The notes: generated by a model not told the origin, from the letters alone. A DNA stretch of 64,000 nucleotides from Kofleriaceae bacterium (GCA_020633495.1 JACKDR010000001.1:182105-246104); one strand, 5' to 3'. Positions 46,313 through 55,927 are shown, counted from the first letter of the stretch. Program-made: numbers and translations.

Positions 46313-48172
46313 CTACTCGTAGACCAGCGCCGCGTCGCTGGCGACGATGTTCTCGACGCCCCGGTTGCGGTCGCGGACCAGGAAGTAGATCCAGCCGTCG
46401 CTGCGGAAGTGCGGGTACAGCGCGTACTGGCCGGGGTTCATCGTCGTGATGCGCCGGACCGTACCGGTCGGCAGGTCGAGCAGGAACAGGTTGGCCGCGC
46501 CCGAGTTGCGCAGCGCCACGAAGCCCGGGTCCGACGCGCTGGCGTAGCCCAGCGACGCCCAGTCGTTGGCCTCGACGTAGTGGTGATAGACCATCCAGCG
46601 CTCGTCGTAGCTGATCGCCGGCTTGCCGCCGCGCTCGCAGTAGCGCGCGATCTCCGGGACGTCGACGGAGTAGCTGCCGCCGTTGGGGGTCGCGACCAGC
46701 TTGCGCAGGATGTAGCCGGACTGCTGGCCGCCGCTGCCGTTGGCGCGGCTGACCAGGAGCTTGGCCGACGGCGAGATCACGGTGTCACCCTCGAGCGGCA
46801 CCGCGACCGAGGTCGCGACGTGCGGGACGAACTGGTTGCCCTCGTGGACCATCGGGGTCAGGTCGATCCGCGACGACGTCCCGAAGTTGGCGTTGAAGTC
46901 CTGCGACGTGACGCTGTGGCCGCCGTTGTCGCTGACGAACTGGCCGTCGACGGTCCAGTAGTCACCGCCGAGCGCGGCGCCGAGGTGCTGGTACAGGCCG
47001 ACCGCGTTGGTGTGGATGCACTGCGGCTCGTCGAAGCTGATCATCGTCGGCGACGTGGTCAGCAGGCTCTGCTCGCAGAAGCGGGCGCCCGAGCCCTGCA
47101 GCGCGAAGCCCGAGTTGTCGGGGAAGAACCCGGGATCGTAGTACGCCGCCGCCGGGATCTCGGTGTCGGTCACCAGATCGATCACGGTCGAGCGGTAGGT
47201 CTGGCTCGACGCCGACGAGCCGCCGTGGGAGACGAACCGGCCGTCGGCCGAGCTGCGGGTCCAGTACGCCGACGAGTAGGTGTTCTCGCGCAGGATCCGG
47301 AAGGTCGTGGTCGGCTCGGCGCTGTCCCAGCCGGTGTTCCAGCTCTGGCTACCGGCGCCCGGGTAGGTCGCCATGCAGTCCTGGGTCTCGGTCGCGCCGG
47401 CGCAGCCGAACATCAGGATGCCGTTCTCGGCGTTGACCGCGCGCCAGCCCTGGGTCTTCATCGTCATGACGTGGGTGGCGACGTCCGGCGAGATCGACGC
47501 CACGCACTGGTCGATCGGCGGGTCCGCCGGGATGACGTCGGTCAGGCCGGGCAGGCCGCGCGCGAACCACTCGGCGACGATGTCGAACTGGCCCTGATCG
47601 AGCTGGCCGGTGTCGCCACGCGGCATCCACACCTGGGCCTTGAAGATGTCGAGCTGGGCCTCCCAGGTGGTCGGGAACGCCAGCCGGAAGACGTACTCGA
47701 ACCAGGCCAGGCCGGCCGCGGTGTCGTAGATGCCCATCTTGGCCGGCTGCCACGCCGCGTTGGCGTCGCCGGCGACCTCGCGGAAGCATTCGACGATCGC
47801 GGCGGCCGCCGCCTGGGTGGTCGGCGAGGTGTCGGTGAGGCAGTTGTCGACCGCCGCCGTCGACTCGGTCTCCCAGCTCTGCAGGCGGCTGCGGCTCAGC
47901 GAGTGGCAGCGGTTGCAGTTCATCGTGCCGCCCTCGCCGAGGATCGCCGCGGCCTGGACCGCGAGCTCGGCGTCGGGCAGCCCGACCGGGTTGCGCAGCA
48001 CCGGGATGATCCAGGCGTCGGGCTCGGCGTCGGGCACGGGGGCCGCGTCGATCGCCGTCGCGGCGTCGTCGCCGCCGCCGGCATCGGAGGTGCTCTTGTT
48101 GTCGTCCCCGCACGCGGCGAGCAGACCGAACAACGACATCAGGCAGGCCACGGACGTGGCGAGTCGGGACAT
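46313..48172 (-). CDS. Lipoprotein with an N-proximal CxxCH motif and a C-terminal beta-propeller-like region
   Basis: It has a lipoprotein signal (LFGLLAAC), MNCNRCHSL, and C-terminal blade-like repeats. It lies 2 nt upstream of the previous gene. Confidence 0.7.
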   Translation of the reverse strand: MSRLATSVACLMSLFGLLAACGDDNKSTSDAGGGDDAATAIDAAPVPDAEPDAWIIPVLRNPVGLPDAELAVQAAAILGEGGTMNCNRCHSLSRSRLQSWETESTAAVDNCLTDTSPTTQAAAAAIVECFREVAGDANAAWQPAKMGIYDTAAGLAWFEYVFRLAFPTTWEAQLDIFKAQVWMPRGDTGQLDQGQFDIVAEWFARGLPGLTDVIPADPPIDQCVASISPDVATHVMTMKTQGWRAVNAENGILMFGCAGATETQDCMATYPGAGSQSWNTGWDSAEPTTTFRILRENTYSSAYWTRSSADGRFVSHGGSSASSQTYRSTVIDLVTDTEIPAAAYYDPGFFPDNSGFALQGSGARFCEQSLLTTSPTMISFDEPQCIHTNAVGLYQHLGAALGGDYWTVDGQFVSDNGGHSVTSQDFNANFGTSSRIDLTPMVHEGNQFVPHVATSVAVPLEGDTVISPSAKLLVSRANGSGGQQSGYILRKLVATPNGGSYSVDVPEIARYCERGGKPAISYDERWMVYHHYVEANDWASLGYASASDPGFVALRNSGAANLFLLDLPTGTVRRITTMNPGQYALYPHFRSDGWIYFLVRDRNRGVENIVASDAALVYE

Positions 48173-48338
48173 GGGCCCGAGGGTGCGACAAGACGGCCAC
48201 CCATGTCAGCAACTTCATGCGGCTTGGCCGCTGAGAATGGCTGGCGACCGCGCGACTGGCGGCCTCAGCAGCCCCGGTCGGCACCTGTGCGGCCGCGCCG
48301 GCGCAACAGATGTGCGCCGGCCCACGATCAGCGGCCGG

Positions 48339-50204
48339 TCAGAACGGGGTCTCGCCCGCCGCGATCGACCGGTGCAGGTCCCCGGTCAGCGGCACGTATG
48401 CGGTGTGCTTGGGCGGCAGCACGAACAGCGGCTCGGCAACCTGGGCCGGATCGTAGCCCTGCTTGCGCAGGTCGCTCTTGATCTGCTTGAAGGTGCCGGT
48501 GACCTCGAGCTCGGCGCGGACCCGCAGGAACTGCGGCCACGCGTACGACGGCAGCTGGCCCTGGACGTGGCGCGCGAAGGCGTCGAGGTCGAAGCGCTCG
48601 AACGGCTCGCGCAGGACCAGCGCCGCCATGCCGCAGCGGCCGTCGCTGCCCGGGACCTGGACCCCGTAGACCGTGGACTCCGCGACCTGCGGGAAGCCGT
48701 TGATGACCTCGGCGACCTCGTTGGTCGACACGTTCTCGCCCTTCCAGCGGAAGGTGTCGCCGACGCGGTCGATGAACTGGGCGTGGCGGAAGCCCTGATC
48801 GCGCAAGAGGTCGCCGGAGTTGAACCAGCAGTCGCCGGGCGTGAAGACGTCGCGGAACAGCTTCTTCTCGCTGGCCTTGGGATCGGTGTAGCCGTCGAAG
48901 GCGTAGCGCTCGCTGACCTCGGCGATCAGGAGGCCGATCTCGCCGCGGCCGACCTTGACCATGTGACCGTCCGGTCCCCGGACCGGCTCGTCGCGGTCGA
49001 CGTCGTAGGCGACCAGCGCGTACGGCGCCGGGCACAGCCCGACGGTGCAGTCGAGGTTGAGCAGGTTGACGAACGCGATGTTGCCCTCGGAGGCGGCGTA
49101 GAACTCGTAGACCTCCTCGATGCCGAAGCGGACCTTGAACGGCCGCCAGATGTCGGGGCGCAGGCCGTTGCCGGAGATGCACCGGATCGCGTGATCGCGA
49201 TCGCGCGGCGTCGGCGCCTGGTTGAGCAGGTAGCGGCACAGCTCGCCGATGTAGACGAACGCGGTGGCGCCGAACTTGCGGACGTCGTCCCAGAAGTGGG
49301 TGACGCTGAACTTGCGGCGGATCGCGATCGCGGCGCCGCTCGCGGCCGCCGAGCTCCACGCCACGGTCAGCGCGTTGTTGTGGTAGAGCGGCAGCGCCAG
49401 GTAGAGGACGTCGTCGGGACGCAGCGCCATCGCCGCCATGCCGAAGGCGCCGGCCGCCTTGACCCACCGGTTGTGGCTCATGACCGAGGCCTTGGGCAGG
49501 CCGGTCGTGCCCGAGGTGTAGATGTAGAAGCAGGGATCGCCGAGCGTGACCTCGGCCATCGCGTGCGGCGTCACCGGCGAGGCGTCGGCGACGGCGGCCA
49601 GCGCGTCGGTCGCGGCGGCGGGGAGCTTGGCGCGCTCGCGCTCGCGCACCCACAGCACCTGATCGCCCTTGGGGCCGCCGAGGTCGGCGCGGATCTCGGC
49701 GAACGCGTCCCACAGCTCCTCGCCGATGACGTAGGTCGACGCCTTCGCGACCGTGAACGAGTGCTGCAGGACCTTGTGGCGCTGCTTGGTGTTGACCACC
49801 GCGGCGATGGCGCCGAGCTTGACGATGCCGGCGATCGCCAGCATGACCTCGGGCCGGTTCTCGAGCAGGACCGCGACGACGTCGCCCTTGCGGACGCCGC
49901 GCGCGGCCAGGACGTTGGCCCACGCGTTCGACAGCTCGTGGACCTGCAGGTGGCTGTAGCGGCGGTCCTCGTAGAGGATCGCGTCGGCGTCGGGGCGCTC
50001 GCGGGCGTTGCGCTCGAGGAACGTGCCGATCGACAGCGCCTCGGACTTGTCGGACTTGCCGATCAGGCGCAGGCCACGCGCCACCGACGGCAGCTTGCGC
50101 GCCACCAGGCGGGCGTGCGGCGTCCACACGGCGGGCTGTCGGACGAGCCCGGCGAGGTCGCGGGCGGAGCGGATCAGAGCGCGGACATCGGGGGCGGCCT
50201 TCAT
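48339..50204 (-). CDS. Long-chain/very-long-chain acyl-CoA synthetase (FATP-like AMP-binding enzyme)
   Basis: The AMP-binding signature YIYTSGTTGLPKA and a FATP-type core are present. The ATG is at 50204. Confidence 0.85.
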   Translation of the reverse strand: MKAAPDVRALIRSARDLAGLVRQPAVWTPHARLVARKLPSVARGLRLIGKSDKSEALSIGTFLERNARERPDADAILYEDRRYSHLQVHELSNAWANVLAARGVRKGDVVAVLLENRPEVMLAIAGIVKLGAIAAVVNTKQRHKVLQHSFTVAKASTYVIGEELWDAFAEIRADLGGPKGDQVLWVRERERAKLPAAATDALAAVADASPVTPHAMAEVTLGDPCFYIYTSGTTGLPKASVMSHNRWVKAAGAFGMAAMALRPDDVLYLALPLYHNNALTVAWSSAAASGAAIAIRRKFSVTHFWDDVRKFGATAFVYIGELCRYLLNQAPTPRDRDHAIRCISGNGLRPDIWRPFKVRFGIEEVYEFYAASEGNIAFVNLLNLDCTVGLCPAPYALVAYDVDRDEPVRGPDGHMVKVGRGEIGLLIAEVSERYAFDGYTDPKASEKKLFRDVFTPGDCWFNSGDLLRDQGFRHAQFIDRVGDTFRWKGENVSTNEVAEVINGFPQVAESTVYGVQVPGSDGRCGMAALVLREPFERFDLDAFARHVQGQLPSYAWPQFLRVRAELEVTGTFKQIKSDLRKQGYDPAQVAEPLFVLPPKHTAYVPLTGDLHRSIAAGETPF

Positions 50205-50300
50205 CGCCGACGATGATAGGCGGGACCGCGGCCGCGCGGGGCGGTCGCGGCGCGCCGACTGGCGTTCGGCGCGTGGTAGTGGTGGATCGAGGCCGAGCCG

Positions 50301-51480
50301 GTGACCGCGACCCTGCCACGACGCGCGTTCCTGGGCGCGCGCCTGCCCCCCGACGACGACGCGTTCACCGCCGACGGCGTCGCGGTGGCGGCGGTGGTCG
50401 CCGGCGGCATGGCCGCCGAAGCCGGCGTGATCGCGGGCGATCGGCTGGTCGCGCTGAGCGGCGCGCCGCTGACCACGCCGGCGCGGCTGGCCGCGGCCCT
50501 GCGCGGCGCCGGGGCGGGGCGGGACGCGGAGGTGGCGTATCGTCGCAGCGACGCGGTCCACCGCCGGGTCGTCCCGGTGCGACCGTGGCCTCGCGAGGCC
50601 CTGCCCGGGCAGCAGGTCGAGCACGGCGTCCTCGCGGTGCCCGGCGCCCGGCTGCGCACGATCGTCACCGTGCCCGACGACGGCGAGCCGCCGGCCGCCG
50701 CGGTGCTGCTGATCCAGGGCCTGGCGTGCGCGTCGATCGAGGCCGACGGCGACGGCGGCCCGGCGCTGGCCGCGCTCGCCGCGGGCTGGGCCGGCGCCGG
50801 CCTGATGACGATGCGGCTCGACCGGCGCGGCGTCGGCGACAGCGACGGCGGCGCCTGCGGCGATGTCGACTTCACCACCGAGGTCGCCGACCACCGCGCC
50901 GCGCTGGCCGCGCTCGCCGCCGACCCGCGCGCCGCCGGCGCGCCGCTGCTGGTCTTCGGCCACAGCGTCGGCGGCATGATCGCCGCGCTGCTCGCCGCCG
51001 AGCGCGACCTCGACGGCGTCATCGTCGCCGGCACGTCGGCGGTGCCCTGGCTGGCCTGCGTCGAGGCCAGCGCGCGGCGCCAGCTGGCCCCTGCGCGGCG
51101 TCGCCGCCGCCGAGGCCGACGCGCGCGCCGCCGCGGTGCGGGCGCGCGCCCTGAGCGACGGCCTGCACGGCCGCTCCGCCACCTATCACCGCCAGCTCGA
51201 CGCGATCGCGCTGCCGTCGGCGTGGGCGGCGACCCGGGCGCGCCGGCTGCTGGTGCTGCGCGGCGAGCACGACTGGGTGATCGGCGACGACGACGTCGAC
51301 GCCCTGGTCGCCGTCGTGCCCGCGGGCGTCCCGGTGGCGCGCCACGTGGTGGCCGGGGTCGACCACCTGCTGGGCCGCCACGCCGACCGCGCCGCCAGCC
51401 TGCGCGACTACGGGAGTGGCCGCTTCGATCCGGCGATCGTCGGCACGACCCTGGCCTGGCTGGTAGGATCGCCGCCATGA
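50301..51480 (+). pseudogene. PDZ-domain plus alpha/beta-hydrolase (S9/S33-like) protein, frameshifted near 51085-51095
   Basis: The N-terminal PDZ is followed by a hydrolase with a GHSVGG nucleophile elbow. After ...EASARRQLA the frame turns Arg-rich, and the genuine C-terminus (VLRGEHDWVIGDDDVDALV...) continues in the frame of track ORF 51136..51480. Confidence 0.55.
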
Positions 51481-51836
51481 GCGATCTCGCGCCCTGCCCT
51501 GCCTGCCACCGCCACGTCCGCGTCGACGAGCCGGCGTGCCCGTTCTGCGGCGGCGAGACACCCGCGGCGACGCCGCGCCCGGCGTCGCGCACCCGGCTGT
51601 CGCGGGCCGCGGTGTTCGCCGGCGCCGCGCTGGCCGCCGGCGGCGCCGCGACCTCGGCCGGCTGCGGCGGCAAGGCCAAGCCCGCCGACGACAACACGAT
51701 CACGATCGGCAACAGCGCGCCGGACGCCGGCGTCGCCGAGCCGCCCGACGCCGAGCCGACGCGGGTCGATCCCGACTACGACCACCAGATCCCGATGCCG
51801 TACGGCGCGCCGCCGGTGCGCCAGCGACTGGTCTGA
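51471..51836 (+). CDS. Small zinc-ribbon protein with a TM segment (CPACHRH...CPFCGG), anti-sigma-factor-like architecture
   Basis: Four Cys form two CxxC pairs at the N-terminus, followed by a hydrophobic segment and a low-complexity tail. The ATG overlaps the end of the hydrolase. Confidence 0.45.
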   Translation, partial: AAMSDLAPCPACHRHVRVDEPACPFCGGETPAATPRPASRTRLSRAAVFAGAALAAGGAATSAGCGGKAKPADDNTITIGNSAPDAGVAEPPDAEPTRVDPDYDHQIPMPYGAPPVRQRLV

Positions 51837-51971
51837 TCTCCGGACCGGTCGGCGCGGTGAGGCCCGCTCGGGGCCACGAGCGGTGGCCCACGATCGGGAC
51901 GTCGTGTCGCGGCCAGCGCCGACGCTGACTCACGCGTTGACGCCCCGAGACCGCGCGCCTATACGCGCGCG

Positions 51972-52583
51972 ATGTCCCGCCTCCTCCCCACGCTCCCCGC
52001 CGCCCTCGCCCTCCTCCTCGCCGCCGGCTGTGTCGCGCCCGCCGACGACGCGATCGACGTCGCCGCGACCAGCGCCGCGCTGACCGATCCCGATCCGGTC
52101 CAGGCCTGCCCGCTCCCCGATCCGGCCCACCTCGCCGGCCACGAGGCAGTCTTCTACACCTGCGCCGAGACCGTCGCCGACGGCGGCGCCGGCTGCGGCC
52201 CCACCGGGTACCTGCTCGGCTACGGCACCCGCTACGCCCAGCGCTTCTACCGCGACACCCGCCCGCGCATGACCGCGCGCGGCCAGCGCTGGATCGACGA
52301 CGTCCTGGTGTGCCTGCAGCACGACCTCCGCGACGCCATCGACGCGACCACGTCGTGCGACGACATCTGGCAGACCGCCTTCGACTCGCACCCGGCGTGC
52401 TACGTCGACGCCGGCTTCTGCACGCTGTCGATCTGGGACATCGCCCAGGTCGTGCGCACGATCGACGTCCGCGACTGGGTCAGCGCCGACGCCGCGCGCC
52501 AGGTCGTGACCACGGCGGCGCGCTGCGGCGCCGGCTACGCGTGGTGGATGCGCACCCTGTTCGGCGCGCTCGCCGACGACTGA
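51972..52583 (+). CDS. Cys-rich lipoprotein, hypothetical (12 Cys in 203 aa)
   Basis: It has a lipoprotein signal (LALLLAAGC) and the composition is protein-like. Confidence 0.6.
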   Translation: MSRLLPTLPAALALLLAAGCVAPADDAIDVAATSAALTDPDPVQACPLPDPAHLAGHEAVFYTCAETVADGGAGCGPTGYLLGYGTRYAQRFYRDTRPRMTARGQRWIDDVLVCLQHDLRDAIDATTSCDDIWQTAFDSHPACYVDAGFCTLSIWDIAQVVRTIDVRDWVSADAARQVVTTAARCGAGYAWWMRTLFGALADD

Positions 52584-52584
52584 G

Positions 52585-53868
52585 CTAGGCGCCGTCGAGC
52601 GGCTCGACGACCAGCTCGAAGCGGCCCATGTCGAACGGCCGCCCCGGCGCGGCCTCGACCTGGACCAGGCGCTCGCGCAGGCCCCGCGCCGCCAGCTCGA
52701 GGGCGCGGTGGTGGCACATCGGGTTGTTGCCGGGCCTGCCCAGCAGCGACTCCGAGGTCCACGTGCACCCGGCGCGGCAGGTGTCGGCGTAGTAGCAGGT
52801 CCGGCAGAAGCCCCACAGATCGTCGACGGTGCGGTCGCGGTTGTAGCGCAGCGGCGCCGCGCGCTCCCAGATGTCGCGCAGGGGCGCGTCGCGGACGTTG
52901 CCGCCGGCCCAGGTCGCGGTCGCCAGCGACGGGCAACCCTTGAGCGTGCCGTCGGCCTCGATGCCGAGGCCCCAGCGGCCGGCGCCGCACGACACCATGT
53001 GGCCGCGCGGCAGCGTGCCGCGCAGCTTGTGCTCGAGCGGCCCGAAGTAGCCCAGGTTGTTGCCCGGCCACACCAGCACGTCGGCGGCGCGGCAGCGATC
53101 GAGCAGGGTGTCGAGCATCGGGAACAGGGTCAGCAGATCGTAGGGCTGCAGCAGCAGCTCGGGGGTGTCGGCGGCGCGGCCCATCGCGACGGTGAGCTGG
53201 AGCTGCCAGCTGTGCGCGCCGTGCGCGATGAGGGTGTCGAGCACCGCCGGCAGCTCGGCCAGGCTCCACCGGTTGATCTGGGTGTTGACCGACACCGGCA
53301 CGCCGCCGTCGCGCAGCGCGCGCATCGCGGCCAGCGCGGCGGCGTGGGCGCCGGCGACGCCGCGCAGGCGATCGTGGGTGGCGGCGTCGCCGTCGATCGA
53401 CACGCTCGCCGACACCAGCCCGGCGGCGCGGGCCTCGGCGACCCGCGCCGGGGTCAGGCCGCGGCCGCCGGTGGTCAGCAGCGGCTGCATGCCGCGCTCG
53501 GCGATCCGCCGCACCAGCTGGCACCAGTCGTCGCGCAGGTAGGCCTCGCCGCCGATCAGCACGACCTCGAGGACGCCGAGGTCGGCGAGCTGATCGACGA
53601 GATCGAGGGCCTCGGCGGTCGACAGCTCGTCGGGGCGGGCCCGCCCGGCGCGCGAGCCGCAGTGGCCGCACGCCAGATCGCAGGCCAGCGTGATCTCCCA
53701 GACCGCGAGGATCGGACGCGTCGCGACGTCGACCGGGCGGGCCTCGGCGGCCAGCGGCAGGCCGCGTCGCGCCGCCGGCGCGCGCGGCGCGATCGGCAAC
53801 CGGCGGCGCGGCGGCGCGCCGTCGTGCCGATCCTCGCGGTCGCCGCCGCCGCTGCCGGTCGAGCCCAT
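52585..53868 (-). CDS. Radical SAM protein with a C-terminal SPASM domain (peptide/protein-modifying maturase type)
   Basis: The CxxxCxxC radical SAM motif (LACDLACGHCGS) and a C-terminal Cys-rich SPASM-like region (CGAGRWGLGIEADGTLKGCPS...FCRTCYYADTCRAGC) are present. The N-terminal ~60 aa are Arg-rich, so the true start may be internal near VDVATRP. Confidence 0.85.
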   Translation of the reverse strand: MGSTGSGGGDREDRHDGAPPRRRLPIAPRAPAARRGLPLAAEARPVDVATRPILAVWEITLACDLACGHCGSRAGRARPDELSTAEALDLVDQLADLGVLEVVLIGGEAYLRDDWCQLVRRIAERGMQPLLTTGGRGLTPARVAEARAAGLVSASVSIDGDAATHDRLRGVAGAHAAALAAMRALRDGGVPVSVNTQINRWSLAELPAVLDTLIAHGAHSWQLQLTVAMGRAADTPELLLQPYDLLTLFPMLDTLLDRCRAADVLVWPGNNLGYFGPLEHKLRGTLPRGHMVSCGAGRWGLGIEADGTLKGCPSLATATWAGGNVRDAPLRDIWERAAPLRYNRDRTVDDLWGFCRTCYYADTCRAGCTWTSESLLGRPGNNPMCHHRALELAARGLRERLVQVEAAPGRPFDMGRFELVVEPLDGA

Positions 53869-53949
53869 GCCGCAGGGTCGCGCGCCCCGGCGAGGCGGTC
53901 AATGCAGCCGCCGGTAGACCGCGAGCGGAGGCCGTGCGTCGATCCCGAC

Positions 53950-54591
53950 ATGCGGTCACTCCTGCCCCTCGCCGTCGTCGTGCTCGGCGGCTGTCCCCGC
54001 GACGCGCGGCCACCGACCAGTGCCGGCCCCGCCGACGCGCCTCGCAACGCCGCGCCGGCCGTCCCCCCGCCCGTCGCCGCGGCCGCCCCCGTCGACGCGG
54101 CGCCGCACGCCGACGATCCGGCGCCGCCGGCCGATCGGCCACCGTGCGCGACCAAGGACTACCGCGCGCCGGCCGGCGCGAAGGTCGAGCTGCTCGCCCA
54201 CCAGGCCGCCGGCGGCGGCGCGGTCGCCGAGGTCGGGCTGCACAACGCCGGCACCGCGCCGGTCTGCGTGTGGACCCACGTGGCGACCCACGAGGTCCAG
54301 AGCGACTGGCTGGTGATCCAGTACGCCGACGGCGATCGCTATCACCACCTCAGCCGCGTGGTGGCGCTGAACGACGACCGCGACAAGTCGGCGCCGGTCA
54401 GCGTCGAGCTGCAGCCCGGCGAGACCATCTGGCAGCGCTGGGACGTCGCCGCGTGGGCGCTGCGCGATCGCAACGGCGCCGAGGCGATCGCGTCGGGCAG
54501 CCTCTACGCCGAGGCGGTCTACGACACCACCGGCGACACCTGGGCGTGGGCCGGGCGGCGGCAGGCCCAGTTCGAGCTGGTCGCGCCGTAG
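53950..54591 (+). CDS. Lipoprotein, hypothetical
   Basis: It has a lipoprotein signal (LAVVVLGGC) and a Pro/Ala linker. It is the C-terminal part of the 627-aa track ORF. Confidence 0.55.
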   Translation: MRSLLPLAVVVLGGCPRDARPPTSAGPADAPRNAAPAVPPPVAAAAPVDAAPHADDPAPPADRPPCATKDYRAPAGAKVELLAHQAAGGGAVAEVGLHNAGTAPVCVWTHVATHEVQSDWLVIQYADGDRYHHLSRVVALNDDRDKSAPVSVELQPGETIWQRWDVAAWALRDRNGAEAIASGSLYAEAVYDTTGDTWAWAGRRQAQFELVAP

Positions 54592-54615
54592 CCAGCGCGG
54601 CCCGCGCCGACGCGG

Positions 54616-55254
54616 TCAGCGCAGCAGCGCCGCGATGCCCTCGGCGAGGCGGCGGTCGACGGTGTCGACGTCGTAGCCGTTGGCCGGCGCCGCGCCGGCG
54701 GCGACGACGTCCATCGCGGCGGCGGCGCGCCGGAACCCGGTGGCCGCGGCGCCGCGCGGCAGCGCCGCGGCGCCCTGGCGCAGGTCGTCGGCCGCCTGCC
54801 GGATCGACGCCAGCGGCGCGCCGGCGAGGTCGCGCTCGTCCTGCCGCGACGCCCACGCGGCCGCCCGCGCCGACGACCACCCGGCGACCCCGGCGACCAG
54901 CGCGGCGGCGCGCGGCTCGATCGCGCCCTGCACGACATGATCGAGCGCGGGCAGCGCGAGGACGGCGCCGACGGCGAGCCGCTCCGGCGCGACGTGGTTG
55001 ACCGCCGCGATCACCGCGGCGTAGTGCGCGCTGCCGTAGGCCTGCCGCGCGATCGCCCCGAGCCGGTCGCCCCGGACGACCGTCCAGGACGCGAGCCCCG
55101 CCGGCGCCGCGTCGATCCGCGCCGCGTCCGCCGGCGCCGGCGCGACCGCCGCGTCCACGGGCGCCGGCCGGTCGTCGGTCCGAGCGCCGCCGGAGCGCGA
55201 GCTGCACGCCGACGCGACCACCACGATCGCCACGATCCCGGTCCATCGCACCAT
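54616..55254 (-). CDS. LysM-domain lipoprotein
   Basis: It has a lipoprotein signal (VVVASAC) and a LysM-like segment (WTVVRGDRLGAIARQAYG...AVLALP). Confidence 0.55.
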   Translation of the reverse strand: MVRWTGIVAIVVVASACSSRSGGARTDDRPAPVDAAVAPAPADAARIDAAPAGLASWTVVRGDRLGAIARQAYGSAHYAAVIAAVNHVAPERLAVGAVLALPALDHVVQGAIEPRAAALVAGVAGWSSARAAAWASRQDERDLAGAPLASIRQAADDLRQGAAALPRGAAATGFRRAAAAMDVVAAGAAPANGYDVDTVDRRLAEGIAALLR

Positions 55255-55303
55255 CGGAGACGCAACGCGCCGCCGCCGCCGCCCATTCCGTCGCGATCGG
55301 CGG

Positions 55304-55927
55304 TCAGCGGATCTCGAGCACGCGCAGCTCGATCCGCCGGTTGGCGCGCCGGCCCTCGGCGGTGGCGTTGCTGGCGACCGGGCGGCTGTCCTCGTAGCCG
55401 ACCGCCTCGAGGCGATCCGCCGCCACCCCCTGGGCTCGCAGGTAGTCGCTCACCGCCGTGGCGCGGTCCTGCGACAGCCGGTGGCCGTAGGCGTGACGAT
55501 CGGGATCGGCGGCGAGGTGGCCCTGGATCTCGATCCGCACCAGCGACGGGTGCGCGAGCAGGAACGCCGCCACCGCGTCGAGGATCGGGAACGCGCTCGG
55601 CCGCAGGCGCGACCGGTCGTAGTCGAACTCGATGGCGCCCGCCAGGGGCAAGGCGTCGCCGACGCGCAGCCCGAGGTCGGCGTCGAGCGCGGCCGCCGCG
55701 TCCGGCACCGCCGCGTCCGGCACCGCCGCGTCGACCGACGGCGGCGACGGCGGCGACGCCACGGCGACGACGCCCGCGTCCGGCGCGGCCGCCGCGCGAT
55801 CGGCGGTCCGGTCGTGAGGGTCGACGGCGCGGCCGCCTCGACCGGGACAGCCAGTGACGGCGGCGACGACCGCGCCGGCGACGGCGACGACGACGACCGG
55901 GACCAGGGCGGCGAGGCGGCGAGGCAT
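55304..55927 (-). CDS. OmpA-family lipoprotein (C-terminal OmpA/MotB peptidoglycan-binding domain)
   Basis: An OmpA C-like core is present (AIEFDYDRSRLRP...VRIEIQGH...SQDRATAVSDYLRAQGVAADRLEAVGYEDSRPVASNATAEGRRANRRIE). Confidence 0.8.
   Translation of the reverse strand: MPRRLAALVPVVVVAVAGAVVAAVTGCPGRGGRAVDPHDRTADRAAAAPDAGVVAVASPPSPPSVDAAVPDAAVPDAAAALDADLGLRVGDALPLAGAIEFDYDRSRLRPSAFPILDAVAAFLLAHPSLVRIEIQGHLAADPDRHAYGHRLSQDRATAVSDYLRAQGVAADRLEAVGYEDSRPVASNATAEGRRANRRIELRVLEIR

Noticed and set aside
46289-50319. ORFs 46289..48481 (+), 47349..48284 (-), 47730..50216 (+), 48328..50319 (-)
   Set aside because: They are antisense or offset to the CxxCH lipoprotein and the acyl-CoA synthetase, and are Arg/Asp/Gly-rich.
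52708-55246. ORFs 52535..54142 (-), 52708..53949 (+ N-terminal part), 53934..55001 (+), 54398..55246 (-)
   Set aside because: They are shadow frames over the rSAM, lipoprotein and LysM genes. The rSAM frame carries the Cys motifs.
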